The position numbers and the translations under genes are program-made. From positions 11,244-75,243 of the forward strand of contig CANMSL010000019.1 in the NCBI GenBank assembly GCA_947500505.1: a stretch of 64,000 nt of DNA, in the 5' to 3' direction. The stretch is from an uncultured Aquimarina sp. Its GTDB lineage: Bacteria > Bacteroidota > Bacteroidia > Flavobacteriales > Flavobacteriaceae. Shown here piece after piece: positions 22,927 through 33,581 of the stretch. Position 1 is the first letter of the stretch. The number at the start of each line of letters is the position of its first letter. The notes under the pieces were generated by a model. The model made no database searches. It was not told the DNA's origin and saw nothing but the letters and a program-made list of their open reading frames with translations.

Positions 22927-22952
22927 AAAAATCCTGCCCGGGCAGGATTTTT
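22927..22952. terminator. Perfect 26-bp palindrome, terminator of the porin gene
   Basis: aaaaatcctgcccgggcaggattttt. Confidence 0.75.
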
Positions 22953-22973
22953 AGTTATAAACGTTATTTGTAT

Positions 22974-23588
22974 TTATCGTCTCGCGTCATATATTCTAAA
23001 TCTAACACCCACCCTAGCATAAATATCAAAGAATTTACTGTTATCAGAATTAACTAAAATAGAACCATTATCGGCTAAGTTATTGGTAAAGTCATTCATT
23101 ACACCGGCTTCAAAGAATATATCAAACATTTCACCAATCATTTGAGAAAAACCTGCGCCGTAGACCCCACCTATGACCAATTGTTCGTAAGAATCTGAAT
23201 CCAACTCTAAACCGCCAATTTCAAAATTTGTATTCAATCTAAAAGAAGGCCCTACATTAATAAATGCTCTAAATCGATCCTTACCCCTCCCGAATAAATA
23301 TCTGAATTTTGGGTTAAATCCTACCTGTAATGCCTTTGCATCACCCAGCCCTTCAATCTCACTGGAGCGTTGCACCAAATCAAGAGAAAAAACAAAACTG
23401 GTTTTGGCACGGACGCCCATCAAATAGCCGTATCCTGCGTTAAGATAAAAACCAGTACCCATTTCGGTATCCAGATTATCCAGATTAATTTTAGAAAAAG
23501 TAGGCCCACCTGAAACTTCCCAACGATATTGTCCATAAGAAGTAACTGAGATAGTTGCTAATAAAATAAAGAATACTATTTTTTTCAT
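22974..23588 (-). CDS. Outer-membrane beta-barrel (porin/PorT-like) protein
   Basis: Signal peptide, alternating amphipathic strands, terminal GVRFRIY. Confidence 0.75.
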   Translation of the reverse strand: MKKIVFFILLATISVTSYGQYRWEVSGGPTFSKINLDNLDTEMGTGFYLNAGYGYLMGVRAKTSFVFSLDLVQRSSEIEGLGDAKALQVGFNPKFRYLFGRGKDRFRAFINVGPSFRLNTNFEIGGLELDSDSYEQLVIGGVYGAGFSQMIGEMFDIFFEAGVMNDFTNNLADNGSILVNSDNSKFFDIYARVGVRFRIYDARR

Positions 23589-23652
23589 AATTTCATATTT
23601 AGATTTGAGGTTAAATTCTTGACGAAAATACTAAAATTTAAAAAACGAGTAT

Positions 23653-23678
23653 AAAAAAACCTGTCTAATAAGACAGGT
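23653..23678 (-). terminator. Intrinsic terminator after ferredoxin
   Basis: acctgtct-aata-agacaggt with a 7-A tract on + (U tract on -). Confidence 0.7.
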
Positions 23679-23707
23679 CTTTATGATATCTAAAAAATTA
23701 ATCGTTA

Positions 23708-24058
23708 TTATTCTTTATGCATAAACGCCTGTTTTTGTAATAAAAATTCTTCAGTTTCTACTACATCTTCATCAGGAACACAACAGTCTACAGGACAAAC
23801 CGCAGCACACTGAGGTTCTTCATGAAAACCTTTGCACTCAGTACATTTATCTGGTACAATATAATATATCTCATCGCTAACCGGTTCCTGAGCCTCTTCT
23901 GAATTAACAGCTTTACCACCTGGAAGCACTACATCACCTTCTAAATCTGTCCCGTCTGCATATCTCCAGTCATCAGCACCTTCATAAATTGCAGTATTTG
24001 GGCATTCCGGCTCACAAGCACCGCAGTTTATACATTCATCTGTTATTATAATTGCCAT
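23708..24058 (-). CDS. 4Fe-4S dicluster ferredoxin (YfhL-like with insertion)
   Basis: [12 protein letters not shown] and [18 protein letters not shown] clusters. Confidence 0.92.
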   Translation of the reverse strand: MAIIITDECINCGACEPECPNTAIYEGADDWRYADGTDLEGDVVLPGGKAVNSEEAQEPVSDEIYYIVPDKCTECKGFHEEPQCAAVCPVDCCVPDEDVVETEEFLLQKQAFMHKE

Positions 24059-24073
24059 AGCTCTTTTTTATTC

Positions 24074-24081
24074 TAAATTTG
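24074..24081 (+). promoter_or_regulatory. Bacteroidetes -7 promoter element
   Basis: TAAATTTG upstream of acyl-CoA reductase. Confidence 0.5.
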
Positions 24082-24106
24082 CAACACAAAAATAACTCGT
24101 AAACTA

Positions 24107-25186
24107 GTGATAAACAAATTAGAAATGGGATTAAATGATCGAATCACGGCTTTTTCTGAATTAGGCAAGTTCTTAAGTCAATTCAAAAATACTGGTTATG
24201 AGAAGATTAGCGACATTAGATATAATGAAGATTTTTTTGATGGAATGATTCAAAAAATAAAATCGGCTAAACATCATAATGGTTGGTTTACAGAAGAAAA
24301 CATAGTGTTTTCATTATCCCAATGGAGTAAATTGCTTACTAAAAGTAGTTTAGAAAAATGGTTATCCACGTATTCCTTAGGTTCTGTACAAACTAAAACA
24401 ATCGGAATCATCATGGCCGGAAATATTCCTCTGGTTGGTTTTCACGATTTTATATCTGTACTCTTATGTGGACACAAAGTTTTGGTCAAACAATCTTCAC
24501 ATGATAATTACTTACTACCATACCTCACAGCTTATCTGATTGCCGTAGAACCAAGGTTTAAAAATTGTATATCGTTTACTGAAGAAAGATTTAGTGATTT
24601 TGACGCAATCATTGCCACAGGAAGCAATAATACAGCTCGTTATTTTGAACATTATTTTGGCAACAAACCTAATATTATACGTAAAAACAGAAATTCTGTA
24701 GCTGTGTTAACAGGAAATGAATCTAAAGAACAGCTAGCAGCATTAGGAGAAGATATATTTAGGTATTATGGATTAGGTTGCAGAAGTGTTTCTAAACTAA
24801 TGGTGCCAGAGGGGTATAATTTTGATTTGTTTTTTAAATCAATTTATGGCTATAACGATATTATCAAAGGAGCCAAATATGCCAATAATTATGATTATAA
24901 CAAAGCAGTTTACTTAATGAGTAGTTTTAAACTGCTGGAAAATGGTTTTCTGATGCTAAAAGAAGATAACAGTTATAGTTCTCCTATCGCAACATTATTT
25001 TATGAAACCTATACATCAAAAGAAAAATTACTACAAAAACTTGAAGAAGATAAGGAAGCTATCCAGTGTGTTGTAGGTGATAATTTTTCTGATTCTAGTA
25101 TTGATTTTGGAACTACTCAGCACCCTTCTCTATCAGATTACGCGGATAATATAGATGTTATTGAATTTTTAACAAAAATTGAGTAA
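24107..25186 (+). CDS. LuxC-like acyl-CoA reductase (true start may be ATG at 24126)
   Basis: IMAGNIPLVGFHD, IATGSNN, YYGLGCRSVSK catalytic Cys. Confidence 0.85.
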   Translation: MINKLEMGLNDRITAFSELGKFLSQFKNTGYEKISDIRYNEDFFDGMIQKIKSAKHHNGWFTEENIVFSLSQWSKLLTKSSLEKWLSTYSLGSVQTKTIGIIMAGNIPLVGFHDFISVLLCGHKVLVKQSSHDNYLLPYLTAYLIAVEPRFKNCISFTEERFSDFDAIIATGSNNTARYFEHYFGNKPNIIRKNRNSVAVLTGNESKEQLAALGEDIFRYYGLGCRSVSKLMVPEGYNFDLFFKSIYGYNDIIKGAKYANNYDYNKAVYLMSSFKLLENGFLMLKEDNSYSSPIATLFYETYTSKEKLLQKLEEDKEAIQCVVGDNFSDSSIDFGTTQHPSLSDYADNIDVIEFLTKIE

Positions 25187-25311
25187 ATAATTTATCATTT
25201 CTACAATGATTTTGTTTTAGATTATTAGCACCTTTGTGGTGTTTTTTCTAAATGGTTTAATAAGCCGGAAATAACAAGAAAAGTAATCACTAAAAATTAT
25301 AAAAACTACTG

Positions 25312-26376
25312 ATGAAAAAGCACAACTTTAGCGCAGGTCCTTGTATTTTACCAAAAGAAGTATTTAAAGAAGCATCACAGGCTGTATTAGATTTTAATAA
25401 TTCGGGATTATCCATTTTAGAGATCTCGCATCGCAGTAAAGATTTTGTAGATGTAATGGATGAAGCTCGTAGTTTAGCATTAGAATTACTCGGATTAGAC
25501 GGTAAAGGATATAAAGTACTTTTTCTGCAAGGAGGTGCCAGTATGCAATTCCTGATGACTGCTTATAATCTTTTAAAATCAAAAGCCGGATATATTAATA
25601 CGGGTAGCTGGAGTGATAAAGCGATCAAAGAAGCTAAAATTTTTGGAGAAGTTGTAGAAGTAGCTTCCTCTAAGGATGCAAACTATAATTACATCCCTAA
25701 AGGATATACTGTTCCAGAAGATTTAGACTATTTGCACTGTACAAGTAATAATACCATTTTTGGTACACAAATCAAGGAATTTCCAACAACAAATGCTCCT
25801 CTGGTATGTGATATGAGTAGTGATATATTCTCCAGGCAATTAGATTTTTCAAAATTTAGCCTAATTTATGCAGGAGCACAAAAAAATATGGGGCCAGCCG
25901 GAGCAACATTAGTAGTGATTAAAGAAGATATTTTAGACGAGATTGAAAGAAAAATACCATCAATGCTTGATTATAAAGTACATATCAGTAAGAGTAGTAT
26001 GTTTAATACACCTCCGGTATTTGCAGTATATACTTCAATGTTAACCCTTAGATGGTTAAAAAAAATAGGTGGAATTGCAGCTATTGAAGAACAAAATGAG
26101 AAAAAGTCAAACCTGATTTACTCTGAAATTGAGCTAAATCCTCTTTTTAAAGGATTTGCTGCAAAAGAAGATAGATCGATGATGAATGCTACTTTTTCCT
26201 TAGTGGACGGTGACTTAAAGGAAACTTTTGACGCTATGTGGAAAGAAGCTGGTATAAATGGTGTGAATGGCCACAGAAGTGTGGGAGGATATAGAGCAAG
26301 TATGTACAACGCTATGACAATAGAAAGCGTTGCCGCCTTAGTAGATGTAATGAGTGATTTAGAAAGAAAAGCGTAA
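25312..26376 (+). CDS. serC: Phosphoserine aminotransferase
   Basis: NFSAGP, LEISHRS, DMSSD, AGAQKNMGP, GYRASMYNA. Confidence 0.97.
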   Translation: MKKHNFSAGPCILPKEVFKEASQAVLDFNNSGLSILEISHRSKDFVDVMDEARSLALELLGLDGKGYKVLFLQGGASMQFLMTAYNLLKSKAGYINTGSWSDKAIKEAKIFGEVVEVASSKDANYNYIPKGYTVPEDLDYLHCTSNNTIFGTQIKEFPTTNAPLVCDMSSDIFSRQLDFSKFSLIYAGAQKNMGPAGATLVVIKEDILDEIERKIPSMLDYKVHISKSSMFNTPPVFAVYTSMLTLRWLKKIGGIAAIEEQNEKKSNLIYSEIELNPLFKGFAAKEDRSMMNATFSLVDGDLKETFDAMWKEAGINGVNGHRSVGGYRASMYNAMTIESVAALVDVMSDLERKA

Positions 26377-26443
26377 CCATCGAAAAGAAATAAGCTCGAT
26401 ATTTCAAAATAAGAACTAAAATTAAAAAATAAACCTTTTTAAA

Positions 26444-27394
26444 ATGAAAGTATTAGCAAACGATGGAGTGTCTCAAAGTGGTATAGATGCTCTTGAAAAA
26501 GCTGGATTCGAAGTATTAACCACAACGGTTGCACAAGATCAATTAGTAGATTATATTAATGAAAATCAAATTAATGTTTTATTAGTTCGTAGTGCTACTA
26601 AAGTAAGAACGGATATCATTGATAATTGTAGTTCATTAAAAATTATCGGACGTGGTGGTGTTGGTATGGACAATATCGACGTAGCGTATGCTCGCGAAAA
26701 AGGGCTACACGTGATAAATACGCCTGCTGCATCTTCTGGGTCAGTAGCCGAATTAGTTTTTGCTCATTTGTATGGTAGTGTCCGTTTTTTACATGATTCT
26801 AACCGAAATATGCCTCTTGAAGGTGATAGCAAATTTAAGAACCTTAAAAAAGCATACGGTGGTGGTATAGAGTTAAGAGGTAAAACACTGGGTGTAATTG
26901 GTATTGGTCGTATAGGTCAGGCAACTGCCAAAATTGCCATTGGTGTTGGAATGAAGGTAATTGCTTTCGATCCATTTATAGAAGAGGTGGACATCCCTCT
27001 GGAGTTTTTTGATGGACAATCATTGAGTTTTAAAATTAAAACGGTTTCTAAAGAAGAGGTGTTAAAAAAGGCTGATTTCTTCACATTACACGTTCCTGCT
27101 CAAAAAGAATACGTAATTGGTAAAGCAGAAATTGAACAAATGAAAGAAGGAGCAGGGTTAATTAACGCTGCACGTGGTGGTGTTATAGATGAAGTAGCAT
27201 TGGTAGAAGCTTTGGAGAGTGGTAAATTAAGTTTTGCTGGGCTGGATGTATTTGAAAACGAACCCAATCCAGCTATTAAAGTATTAATGAATAACAAAAT
27301 ATCCTTAACTCCACATATCGGAGCTGCTACAGGAGAGGCGCAGGATAGAATTGGTCAGGAACTCGCCGATCAGATCATCACTATATTAAAATAG
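26444..27394 (+). CDS. serA: D-3-phosphoglycerate dehydrogenase
   Basis: RGGVGMDNID, GIGRIG, INAARG, LDVFENEP, TPHIGAAT; follows serC. Confidence 0.9.
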   Translation: MKVLANDGVSQSGIDALEKAGFEVLTTTVAQDQLVDYINENQINVLLVRSATKVRTDIIDNCSSLKIIGRGGVGMDNIDVAYAREKGLHVINTPAASSGSVAELVFAHLYGSVRFLHDSNRNMPLEGDSKFKNLKKAYGGGIELRGKTLGVIGIGRIGQATAKIAIGVGMKVIAFDPFIEEVDIPLEFFDGQSLSFKIKTVSKEEVLKKADFFTLHVPAQKEYVIGKAEIEQMKEGAGLINAARGGVIDEVALVEALESGKLSFAGLDVFENEPNPAIKVLMNNKISLTPHIGAATGEAQDRIGQELADQIITILK

Positions 27395-27428
27395 TGAATA
27401 ACATTTTTCATTAATGAGAAAATGTTTC

Positions 27429-27464
27429 AAAAACATCTTAGTAAAAAATTACTAAGATGTTTTT
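27429..27464 (+). terminator. Intrinsic terminator after serA
   Basis: aaaaacatcttagtaa-aaaa-ttactaagatgttttt 16-bp stem. Confidence 0.82.
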
Positions 27465-27584
27465 TTGTTATTACATCGATCAAATCTACAGTTTATCCGT
27501 TTAGAAAGTTATTTTTGATCCGTTAGCCTACTTTTTAGTGGCAAAACAGTTAAATTTAAATCATAAAATATAAAAACTTGAATC

Positions 27585-28217
27585 ATGTCTGGATTATTAG
27601 ATTTATTAAATAGTGATATTGGAAAGCAAATGATTAGCGGTGTTAGTAGTCAAACTGGTCAAACCGAAGGTAAAACCGCTGATGTATTAAGTATGGCATT
27701 ACCTGTATTAATGGGAGCGATGAAAAAAAATGCCTCGACACCAGAAGGTGCTTCAGGATTGATGAATGCCTTATCAGGTAAACATGATGGAGGAATACTT
27801 CAAAATTTAGGAGGTTTATTTGACGGAGGTGTGGATGATGGCACAATGCAGGACGGACAAGGAATTCTGGGTCATATCCTGGGACAGAAACAACCTCAGG
27901 TAGAAAATGCATTGAGTTCAAAATCTGGTGTAGATGCAGGATCTGTAGGACAAATCCTTAAAGTTGCAGCTCCAATTCTTATGGGAGTTTTAGGACAGCA
28001 AACGAGAGCTAACAATGTAAACGATTCTAATGGATTGACCTCTTTATTAGGAAGCATGCTTGGAGGACAACCTAAACAAAACCAAAGTTTAATAATGTCC
28101 CTTATTGATTCTGATGGAGATGGCAGTGTTCTGGACGATGTTGCAGATATGGTCATTGGTACCGGTAAGAAAAAAGGTGGTCTAGGTGGATTGTTAGGTG
28201 GTCTATTTGGGAAATAG
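27585..28217 (+). CDS. DUF937 domain protein
   Basis: Gly/Leu-rich helical repeats; DGQGILGHILG, LKVAAPILMG, D.DGDGSVLDD. Confidence 0.8.
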   Translation: MSGLLDLLNSDIGKQMISGVSSQTGQTEGKTADVLSMALPVLMGAMKKNASTPEGASGLMNALSGKHDGGILQNLGGLFDGGVDDGTMQDGQGILGHILGQKQPQVENALSSKSGVDAGSVGQILKVAAPILMGVLGQQTRANNVNDSNGLTSLLGSMLGGQPKQNQSLIMSLIDSDGDGSVLDDVADMVIGTGKKKGGLGGLLGGLFGK

Positions 28218-28253
28218 AATAAAACCTTTTTAAAATATTATTCTGAGATTACT

Positions 28254-28287
28254 AAGAGTTTTGATATCATTTTCAAAACTCTTTTTT
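28254..28287 (+). terminator. Intrinsic terminator
   Basis: aagagttttga...tcaaaactctttttt. Confidence 0.7.
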
Positions 28288-28372
28288 CGTGCTTTTACTA
28301 ATTGTAAAATTTTCCTCTATCAGCTTCACAAAAATGTTAAAGCTGAAACATATTTAATATACTTTTTGTAAT

Positions 28373-28819
28373 TTGAAGAATAACATGAGTATGAAAAATT
28401 GTATTTATATAGTAATTCTAGCGTTTGGCATGTATAGCTGTGGAACGACTAAAGACAGAAAATTGAGCGATATCTCTGTCAGTAATAATTCTGATACGTT
28501 ACGAATCGCTAATGATAGTTTAGAATATGAAATAATCATTATAGAACCTGGATTTAATGCATGGTTAGCAACCCAGCAACCAAGAGGATATTATACCAAA
28601 CAATTTTTAGAAATTCGAAACCGACAATATGTTATAGAATATAACCAAAGAGCAATGCAACCTCTGAGGTTTGATCCTAATTTATATTTTCAACAAATTA
28701 ATTATGAACCCCATATTGATTATGGTTATGAGGTGAATTATCTTCTTTATAATTATTTTCTATTCTTTGAACAGAGATATCGACAACGTTTTATTGTAAC
28801 TAGGGGACGGAGATTTTGA
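28373..28819 (+). CDS. DUF6146-like lipoprotein
   Basis: Lipobox MYSC; IANDSLEYEIIIIEPGF..WL and DYGYEVNY.LYNYF motifs. Confidence 0.7.
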   Translation: MKNNMSMKNCIYIVILAFGMYSCGTTKDRKLSDISVSNNSDTLRIANDSLEYEIIIIEPGFNAWLATQQPRGYYTKQFLEIRNRQYVIEYNQRAMQPLRFDPNLYFQQINYEPHIDYGYEVNYLLYNYFLFFEQRYRQRFIVTRGRRF

Positions 28820-28849
28820 CCGAAAAAGTATTAGTTGTATTTTTGTACT

Positions 28850-29374
28850 ATGCAAAAATTTAAAGAACGATGGGAAATAAGGGCAAATTGGCAACTTATT
28901 TTTCCCTTTCTTGGATTGATCGGATTATTAATTTCGTCCTTTTTATTAAGTAAAAAATTAGTTTCTGTAGTTTCGCAGCTAACAGAAACGAATGATTTCT
29001 ATTTTCTTTTATTATCTATACTAACACTATTCTTTTTTATTTTTCTCTTATGGTTAACTCTAAGGATTTTTGGTCCTCTTGAAAAAAAATGGAATGTCAC
29101 TTATAGATGGGAGCTTATCGCAATTTTTATTGCTTTTGCCATTACCGGTTCTACAGCTGCCAGGATTTCAGATCCTATTATTGAACTCATTGGACTTGAT
29201 AGAGATACAACGAATGGATGGATCTATTGGCCTTTAAGAATATTGTTAATATTTCCTATATATCAGGTAATATTACTAATCGTAGGATGGTTATTTGGTC
29301 AATTTAAATTCTTCTGGTGGTTCGAAAAGAAGATGCTCCGTAGAATGGGATTTGCCAAATTTATAAATGACTAA
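28850..29374 (+). CDS. DUF6787-like membrane protein (start refined to MQKFKERW)
   Basis: IFIAFAITGST, IFPIYQV.L..GWLFGQF.FFW.FEKKM; TATTTTTG at 28838-28845 precedes the ATG. Confidence 0.7.
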   Translation: MQKFKERWEIRANWQLIFPFLGLIGLLISSFLLSKKLVSVVSQLTETNDFYFLLLSILTLFFFIFLLWLTLRIFGPLEKKWNVTYRWELIAIFIAFAITGSTAARISDPIIELIGLDRDTTNGWIYWPLRILLIFPIYQVILLIVGWLFGQFKFFWWFEKKMLRRMGFAKFIND

Positions 29375-29420
29375 TCATTTTGATTACAAAACCAATAAAA
29401 GAATTTTGTAATTAAAGTAC

Positions 29421-29735
29421 TTACTTAATAACTTCTACTTCGATTATTTTAGGCTCTTTATCTCTAACTTCCTGCTTATTTATTACAAAAGTATATAACC
29501 ACATTAGTGTAAATGAAGGAATAATATCAGTTCCCGGAATAATCTCCTCGACAAATGTTATAAACGATGCAATTTTACCTTTTTTGCCAGGATACATATC
29601 CATCATTTTCTTTGCAGCGTATGGCGCCCACAGAATATCTAAAAAAGGCCCGATAAAAGGAATTGCCATAGAAGCCATACCAACTAAATCATAAACGATA
29701 CCTTTTTTTAGTAATTTATATTTATAGCTTTTCAT
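29421..29735 (-). CDS. Conserved hypothetical membrane protein
   Basis: 104 aa; D..G...PFIG.F.D..WAP and EEI.PG.D.IP.FT motifs. Confidence 0.7.
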   Translation of the reverse strand: MKSYKYKLLKKGIVYDLVGMASMAIPFIGPFLDILWAPYAAKKMMDMYPGKKGKIASFITFVEEIIPGTDIIPSFTLMWLYTFVINKQEVRDKEPKIIEVEVIK

Positions 29736-29782
29736 AAGTTCTTATTTATTAAAGATATAACAAAAAAAATGCCAAAAAATTG

Positions 29783-30379
29783 TTATGCCAAATCTGCAGT
29801 AATCAATCTTAAAAATTCAGTACGGGTTTCAATTTTCTCAAATTGTCCTCTAAACCCAGAGGTTGTTGTTACCGAATTTTGCTTTTGAACACCACGCATC
29901 ATCATGCACATATGCGCAGCTTCAATCACAACGGCCACACCTTTTGGTTTTAAAGTATTATTAATACATTCTAAAATATCGTGAGTTAAACGCTCCTGGA
30001 CTTGTAATCGTCTAGCAAAAACATCAACTATTCTTGGCAATTTACTTAAACCGACGATATGCCCGTTAGGAATATAAGCTATATGGGCTTTGCCAAAAAA
30101 AGGTAACATATGATGTTCACATAGTGAATACAGTTCTATATCTTTTACGATTACCATATCATCATAATCCTCTTTAAACATGGCACTCCTTAAAATCTCT
30201 TCGGGATTCTGATGATACCCTTGCGTTAAAAATTGCATAGCCTTGGCAGCCCTTTCGGGGGTTTTTACGATTCCTTCTCGACTTATATCTTCCCCTAAAT
30301 TTGTAAGTATAGATTTAAAATTATCTTTAACATCTTTAGTGACTTTGATGTTGTATTCCTCGAATTTATTGTATGGCAT
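29783..30379 (-). CDS. folE: GTP cyclohydrolase I
   Basis: [42 protein letters not shown]. Confidence 0.97.
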   Translation of the reverse strand: MPYNKFEEYNIKVTKDVKDNFKSILTNLGEDISREGIVKTPERAAKAMQFLTQGYHQNPEEILRSAMFKEDYDDMVIVKDIELYSLCEHHMLPFFGKAHIAYIPNGHIVGLSKLPRIVDVFARRLQVQERLTHDILECINNTLKPKGVAVVIEAAHMCMMMRGVQKQNSVTTTSGFRGQFEKIETRTEFLRLITADLA

Positions 30380-30389
30380 TATGCGTATA

Positions 30390-30947
30390 TTAATGTTGCG
30401 TTTCCTTTTTCAATTTACTTTTAAAGGTATGCTGTAATTTATTTAGTTTTGGATTAATCACAAACTGACAATATCCCTGAGAACTGTTTTGATTGTAATA
30501 GTCCTGATGATAATCTTCTGCACTATAAAATACATTGAATTTTGTTATTTCAGTTACGATAGGACTATCAAAAATATTCTCTGCATTGAGATCATTAATC
30601 ATCGATTCAGACAATTCCTTTTGTTCATCATCTACATAAAATATAGCACTTCTGTATTGTGTACCTCGATCTGCACCTTGTCTATTTAATGTTGTAGGAT
30701 CGTGAGTAGCAAAAAAGATTTCTAGCAATTCTTGATACTTAATAATATCCGTATCATATTCAATTTTTATTGCTTCTGCATGACCTGTTCTACCTGTGGT
30801 AATTTCACGATATGCAGGATTTTTAATATTTCCACCTGTATAACCGGAGGTAACTTTTACTACACCTTCTAACCGCTGGAAAACTGCTTCAGTACACCAG
30901 AAACAACCTCCGGCAAAAACAGCTATCTTCATGTTATTTTTTTTCAT
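30390..30947 (-). CDS. msrA: Peptide-methionine (S)-S-oxide reductase (start refined to MKKNNMK)
   Basis: GGCFWC, GYTGG, GHAE, HDPT...RQG.D.GTQYRS, AEDYHQ.YY. Confidence 0.96.
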   Translation of the reverse strand: MKKNNMKIAVFAGGCFWCTEAVFQRLEGVVKVTSGYTGGNIKNPAYREITTGRTGHAEAIKIEYDTDIIKYQELLEIFFATHDPTTLNRQGADRGTQYRSAIFYVDDEQKELSESMINDLNAENIFDSPIVTEITKFNVFYSAEDYHQDYYNQNSSQGYCQFVINPKLNKLQHTFKSKLKKETQH

Positions 30948-31094
30948 AATAATGTTAAAATATAAGTATTGCTCCACCAATGTACACATATACTATAAAG
31001 CCTTTACACTTTTTAACTTTTCATTAGTATGTCATGTAAATGTAAATCCTAGTTTTGCAAGTAAGTCGAAAAAGTAAGGATTTTTTTACAAAAT

Positions 31095-33527
31095 ATGAAT
31101 AGTAAGCTACGCCCTGTTTTAAGTGTACTTTTATTGCTGCATACGCTTGTTTTATTAAGTCAAGAAAGAAAAGAGATTACTGCCCACAGAATTACCAAGG
31201 CTCCTAAGATAGATGGTGTTCTGAATGATCAAATCTGGAAAAACATCCCCCCTTCTGGTAATTTTAGGATGTGGCAACCTGGTAATGAAGGAACTATTCC
31301 GGATAATCTTCGTACCGAAGTAAAAATGGCTTATGATAATAAAGCAGTATATTTTGCAGCTTATTTATTTGACGATCAACCTGATAAAATATTAAAACAA
31401 TTCAGTCAACGAGATAATGTGTTTGCGCAAGCAGACTTTTTTAATATCTCGATAAACACCTATAATGACGGGATTAATGAAACTCGTTTTTTTATTACAA
31501 GTGCCGGAACGATCGGAGATGCAAGAGCTGATCAGTTTAGTGAAGATTTTAGCTATAACGTGGTTTTCAATGCTAAAATTTCCTATGATGATAAAGGTTG
31601 GTATGCAGAATTCAGAATCCCTTACAATGCCCTGCGTTTTCCGGAAGTAGCGGTACAGAATTGGAGTATTAATTTTTATAGACGGTTACAACGAAGAAAT
31701 GAAACACATTCCTGGAATTTTGTCGATAACAAAATAGGTCAACGAACTCAATATAATGGATTAGTAAAAGGTGTAGAAAATATAAATCCACCTTTAAGGC
31801 TTACTTTTTTTCCTTTTGTCCAAGGATTAGGAAACAGTTTTGACGGTGAAACAGAAACTGACTTCAGTGCCGGATTGGATGTAAAATATGGCTTAAGTGA
31901 TAGTTTTACATTGGATGCAACATTAATACCTGACTTCGGACAAGCAGCTTTTGACGAAGTGCGACTTAATTTAGGTCCTTTTGAACAAACTTTTGGTGAA
32001 AACAGGCAATTTTTTACGGAAGGAACAGAGCTTTTCAATAAAGGAGATATTTTCTTTTCCAGACGTGTTGGTAATGAACCCACAGGTTTTGTGTCAGAAA
32101 ATGACCTAAATGAGAATGAAATCGCAGAAGACACCCCATCTAAAGTAAATCTTTTAAATGCTCTTAAAATTTCCGGTAGAACAAAGGGAAATTTAGGTAT
32201 TGGATTTTTTAATGCTATAACAGAAAAAACAGAAGTTCGTATTACAGATACGATAACGGGAGACCAAAGATCCAAAGTTGTGGAACCTTTAGCCAATTAC
32301 AATATTTTTGTTTTAGACCAACAGTTTAATAACAACTCCTCCCTTTCACTGATTAATACCAATGTAACCCGTGACGGTAGTGATTTTAGAGATGCCAATG
32401 TAACGGGACTGGTTTGGAATTTACAAAACGAATCTAACTCTTATCGGTTGACTGGCAGATCAATAGTGAGCCAAGTAAATCTACCAGGAGATAATATTGC
32501 CGGCTTCAGATCAGAGCTTGATTTTGATCGTATTAAAGGTAAATGGAGATATGGTTTCGGACACGATCTATCCAATACCACTTTTGACATTAACGATCTG
32601 GGAGTAAACTTTAGAAATAATTTTAATAGTTTTAGAGTTAGTACATCTTATCAAATTTTTGAACCTACTAAATTATTTAACAACTATAGGATCAATCTAT
32701 TTGCCAGGCATCGAAGATTATACGATCCCAGTGTACAAACTTCCAATTCTATCGGTGTAGATTGGTTTTTTGTAACCCGAGAGCGTTTTGGTTTTGGAGG
32801 ATTCACTATTTATGATTCTGATACTGATGATTATTTTGAACCCAGAGTTGATGGTAGATTTGTTACATACAGTGAGAATCTTGGTATTAATATGTGGGTA
32901 TCTTCTGATTATCGAAAAAAATTTGCATACGATGTGCGATTGTTTCATCGTAATTGGTTTGAAGATGATCAGCAACAATATAATATGAACCTTTCTCCAA
33001 GATATAGATTTTCTGATAAACTCTTGGTAATTTGGTCTACAGATTATTCTATAAGAAAACGGAATTTTGGATATATCGATAATAATGACACCGATGTGTT
33101 TTTAGGGCAAAGGGATATTACCACGGTAGAAAATTCACTGAGTGCAAGCTATAACTTTGATCCGTATAAAGCCATTAATCTGAGGTTCAGAAACTTTTGG
33201 AGTACTGCAGATTACTCTGAAAATGTATTCTATACGCTAAACAATGATGGAACACGGACACAAACAGCTTACGATACTTCTGAAAACGATCCGAATACAA
33301 ATTTTAACATTTGGAACTTGGATTTGAGTTTTAGTTGGAGATTCGCTCCCGGTAGTGAAGCTACCCTACTCTATCGCAACCAAATTTTTAATCAGGATGA
33401 TCTATCTACCATTAACTATACAGACAGTTTAGATAACCTTTTTGGTCAGCCTATCCAGCATACTTTATCATTACGGGTTGTTTATTTTCTGGACATAAAT
33501 AATTTAAAAGGTTCTTTTGGAGGATAA
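31095..33527 (+). CDS. DUF5916 outer-membrane protein with N-terminal CBM9-like domain
   Basis: PKIDG.L.D..W, W.AEFRIP..ALRF, PDFGQ, FFSRR.G, C-terminal barrel strands. Confidence 0.8.
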   Translation: MNSKLRPVLSVLLLLHTLVLLSQERKEITAHRITKAPKIDGVLNDQIWKNIPPSGNFRMWQPGNEGTIPDNLRTEVKMAYDNKAVYFAAYLFDDQPDKILKQFSQRDNVFAQADFFNISINTYNDGINETRFFITSAGTIGDARADQFSEDFSYNVVFNAKISYDDKGWYAEFRIPYNALRFPEVAVQNWSINFYRRLQRRNETHSWNFVDNKIGQRTQYNGLVKGVENINPPLRLTFFPFVQGLGNSFDGETETDFSAGLDVKYGLSDSFTLDATLIPDFGQAAFDEVRLNLGPFEQTFGENRQFFTEGTELFNKGDIFFSRRVGNEPTGFVSENDLNENEIAEDTPSKVNLLNALKISGRTKGNLGIGFFNAITEKTEVRITDTITGDQRSKVVEPLANYNIFVLDQQFNNNSSLSLINTNVTRDGSDFRDANVTGLVWNLQNESNSYRLTGRSIVSQVNLPGDNIAGFRSELDFDRIKGKWRYGFGHDLSNTTFDINDLGVNFRNNFNSFRVSTSYQIFEPTKLFNNYRINLFARHRRLYDPSVQTSNSIGVDWFFVTRERFGFGGFTIYDSDTDDYFEPRVDGRFVTYSENLGINMWVSSDYRKKFAYDVRLFHRNWFEDDQQQYNMNLSPRYRFSDKLLVIWSTDYSIRKRNFGYIDNNDTDVFLGQRDITTVENSLSASYNFDPYKAINLRFRNFWSTADYSENVFYTLNNDGTRTQTAYDTSENDPNTNFNIWNLDLSFSWRFAPGSEATLLYRNQIFNQDDLSTINYTDSLDNLFGQPIQHTLSLRVVYFLDINNLKGSFGG

Positions 33528-33581
33528 TCTTGGGGATTTTTAGGATATTGGTTACTTTCACAGTTTTATAGAAATATATAG

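Noticed and set aside
24107-25186. Bioluminescence (lux) operon
   Set aside because: No luxA, B, D or E in the window
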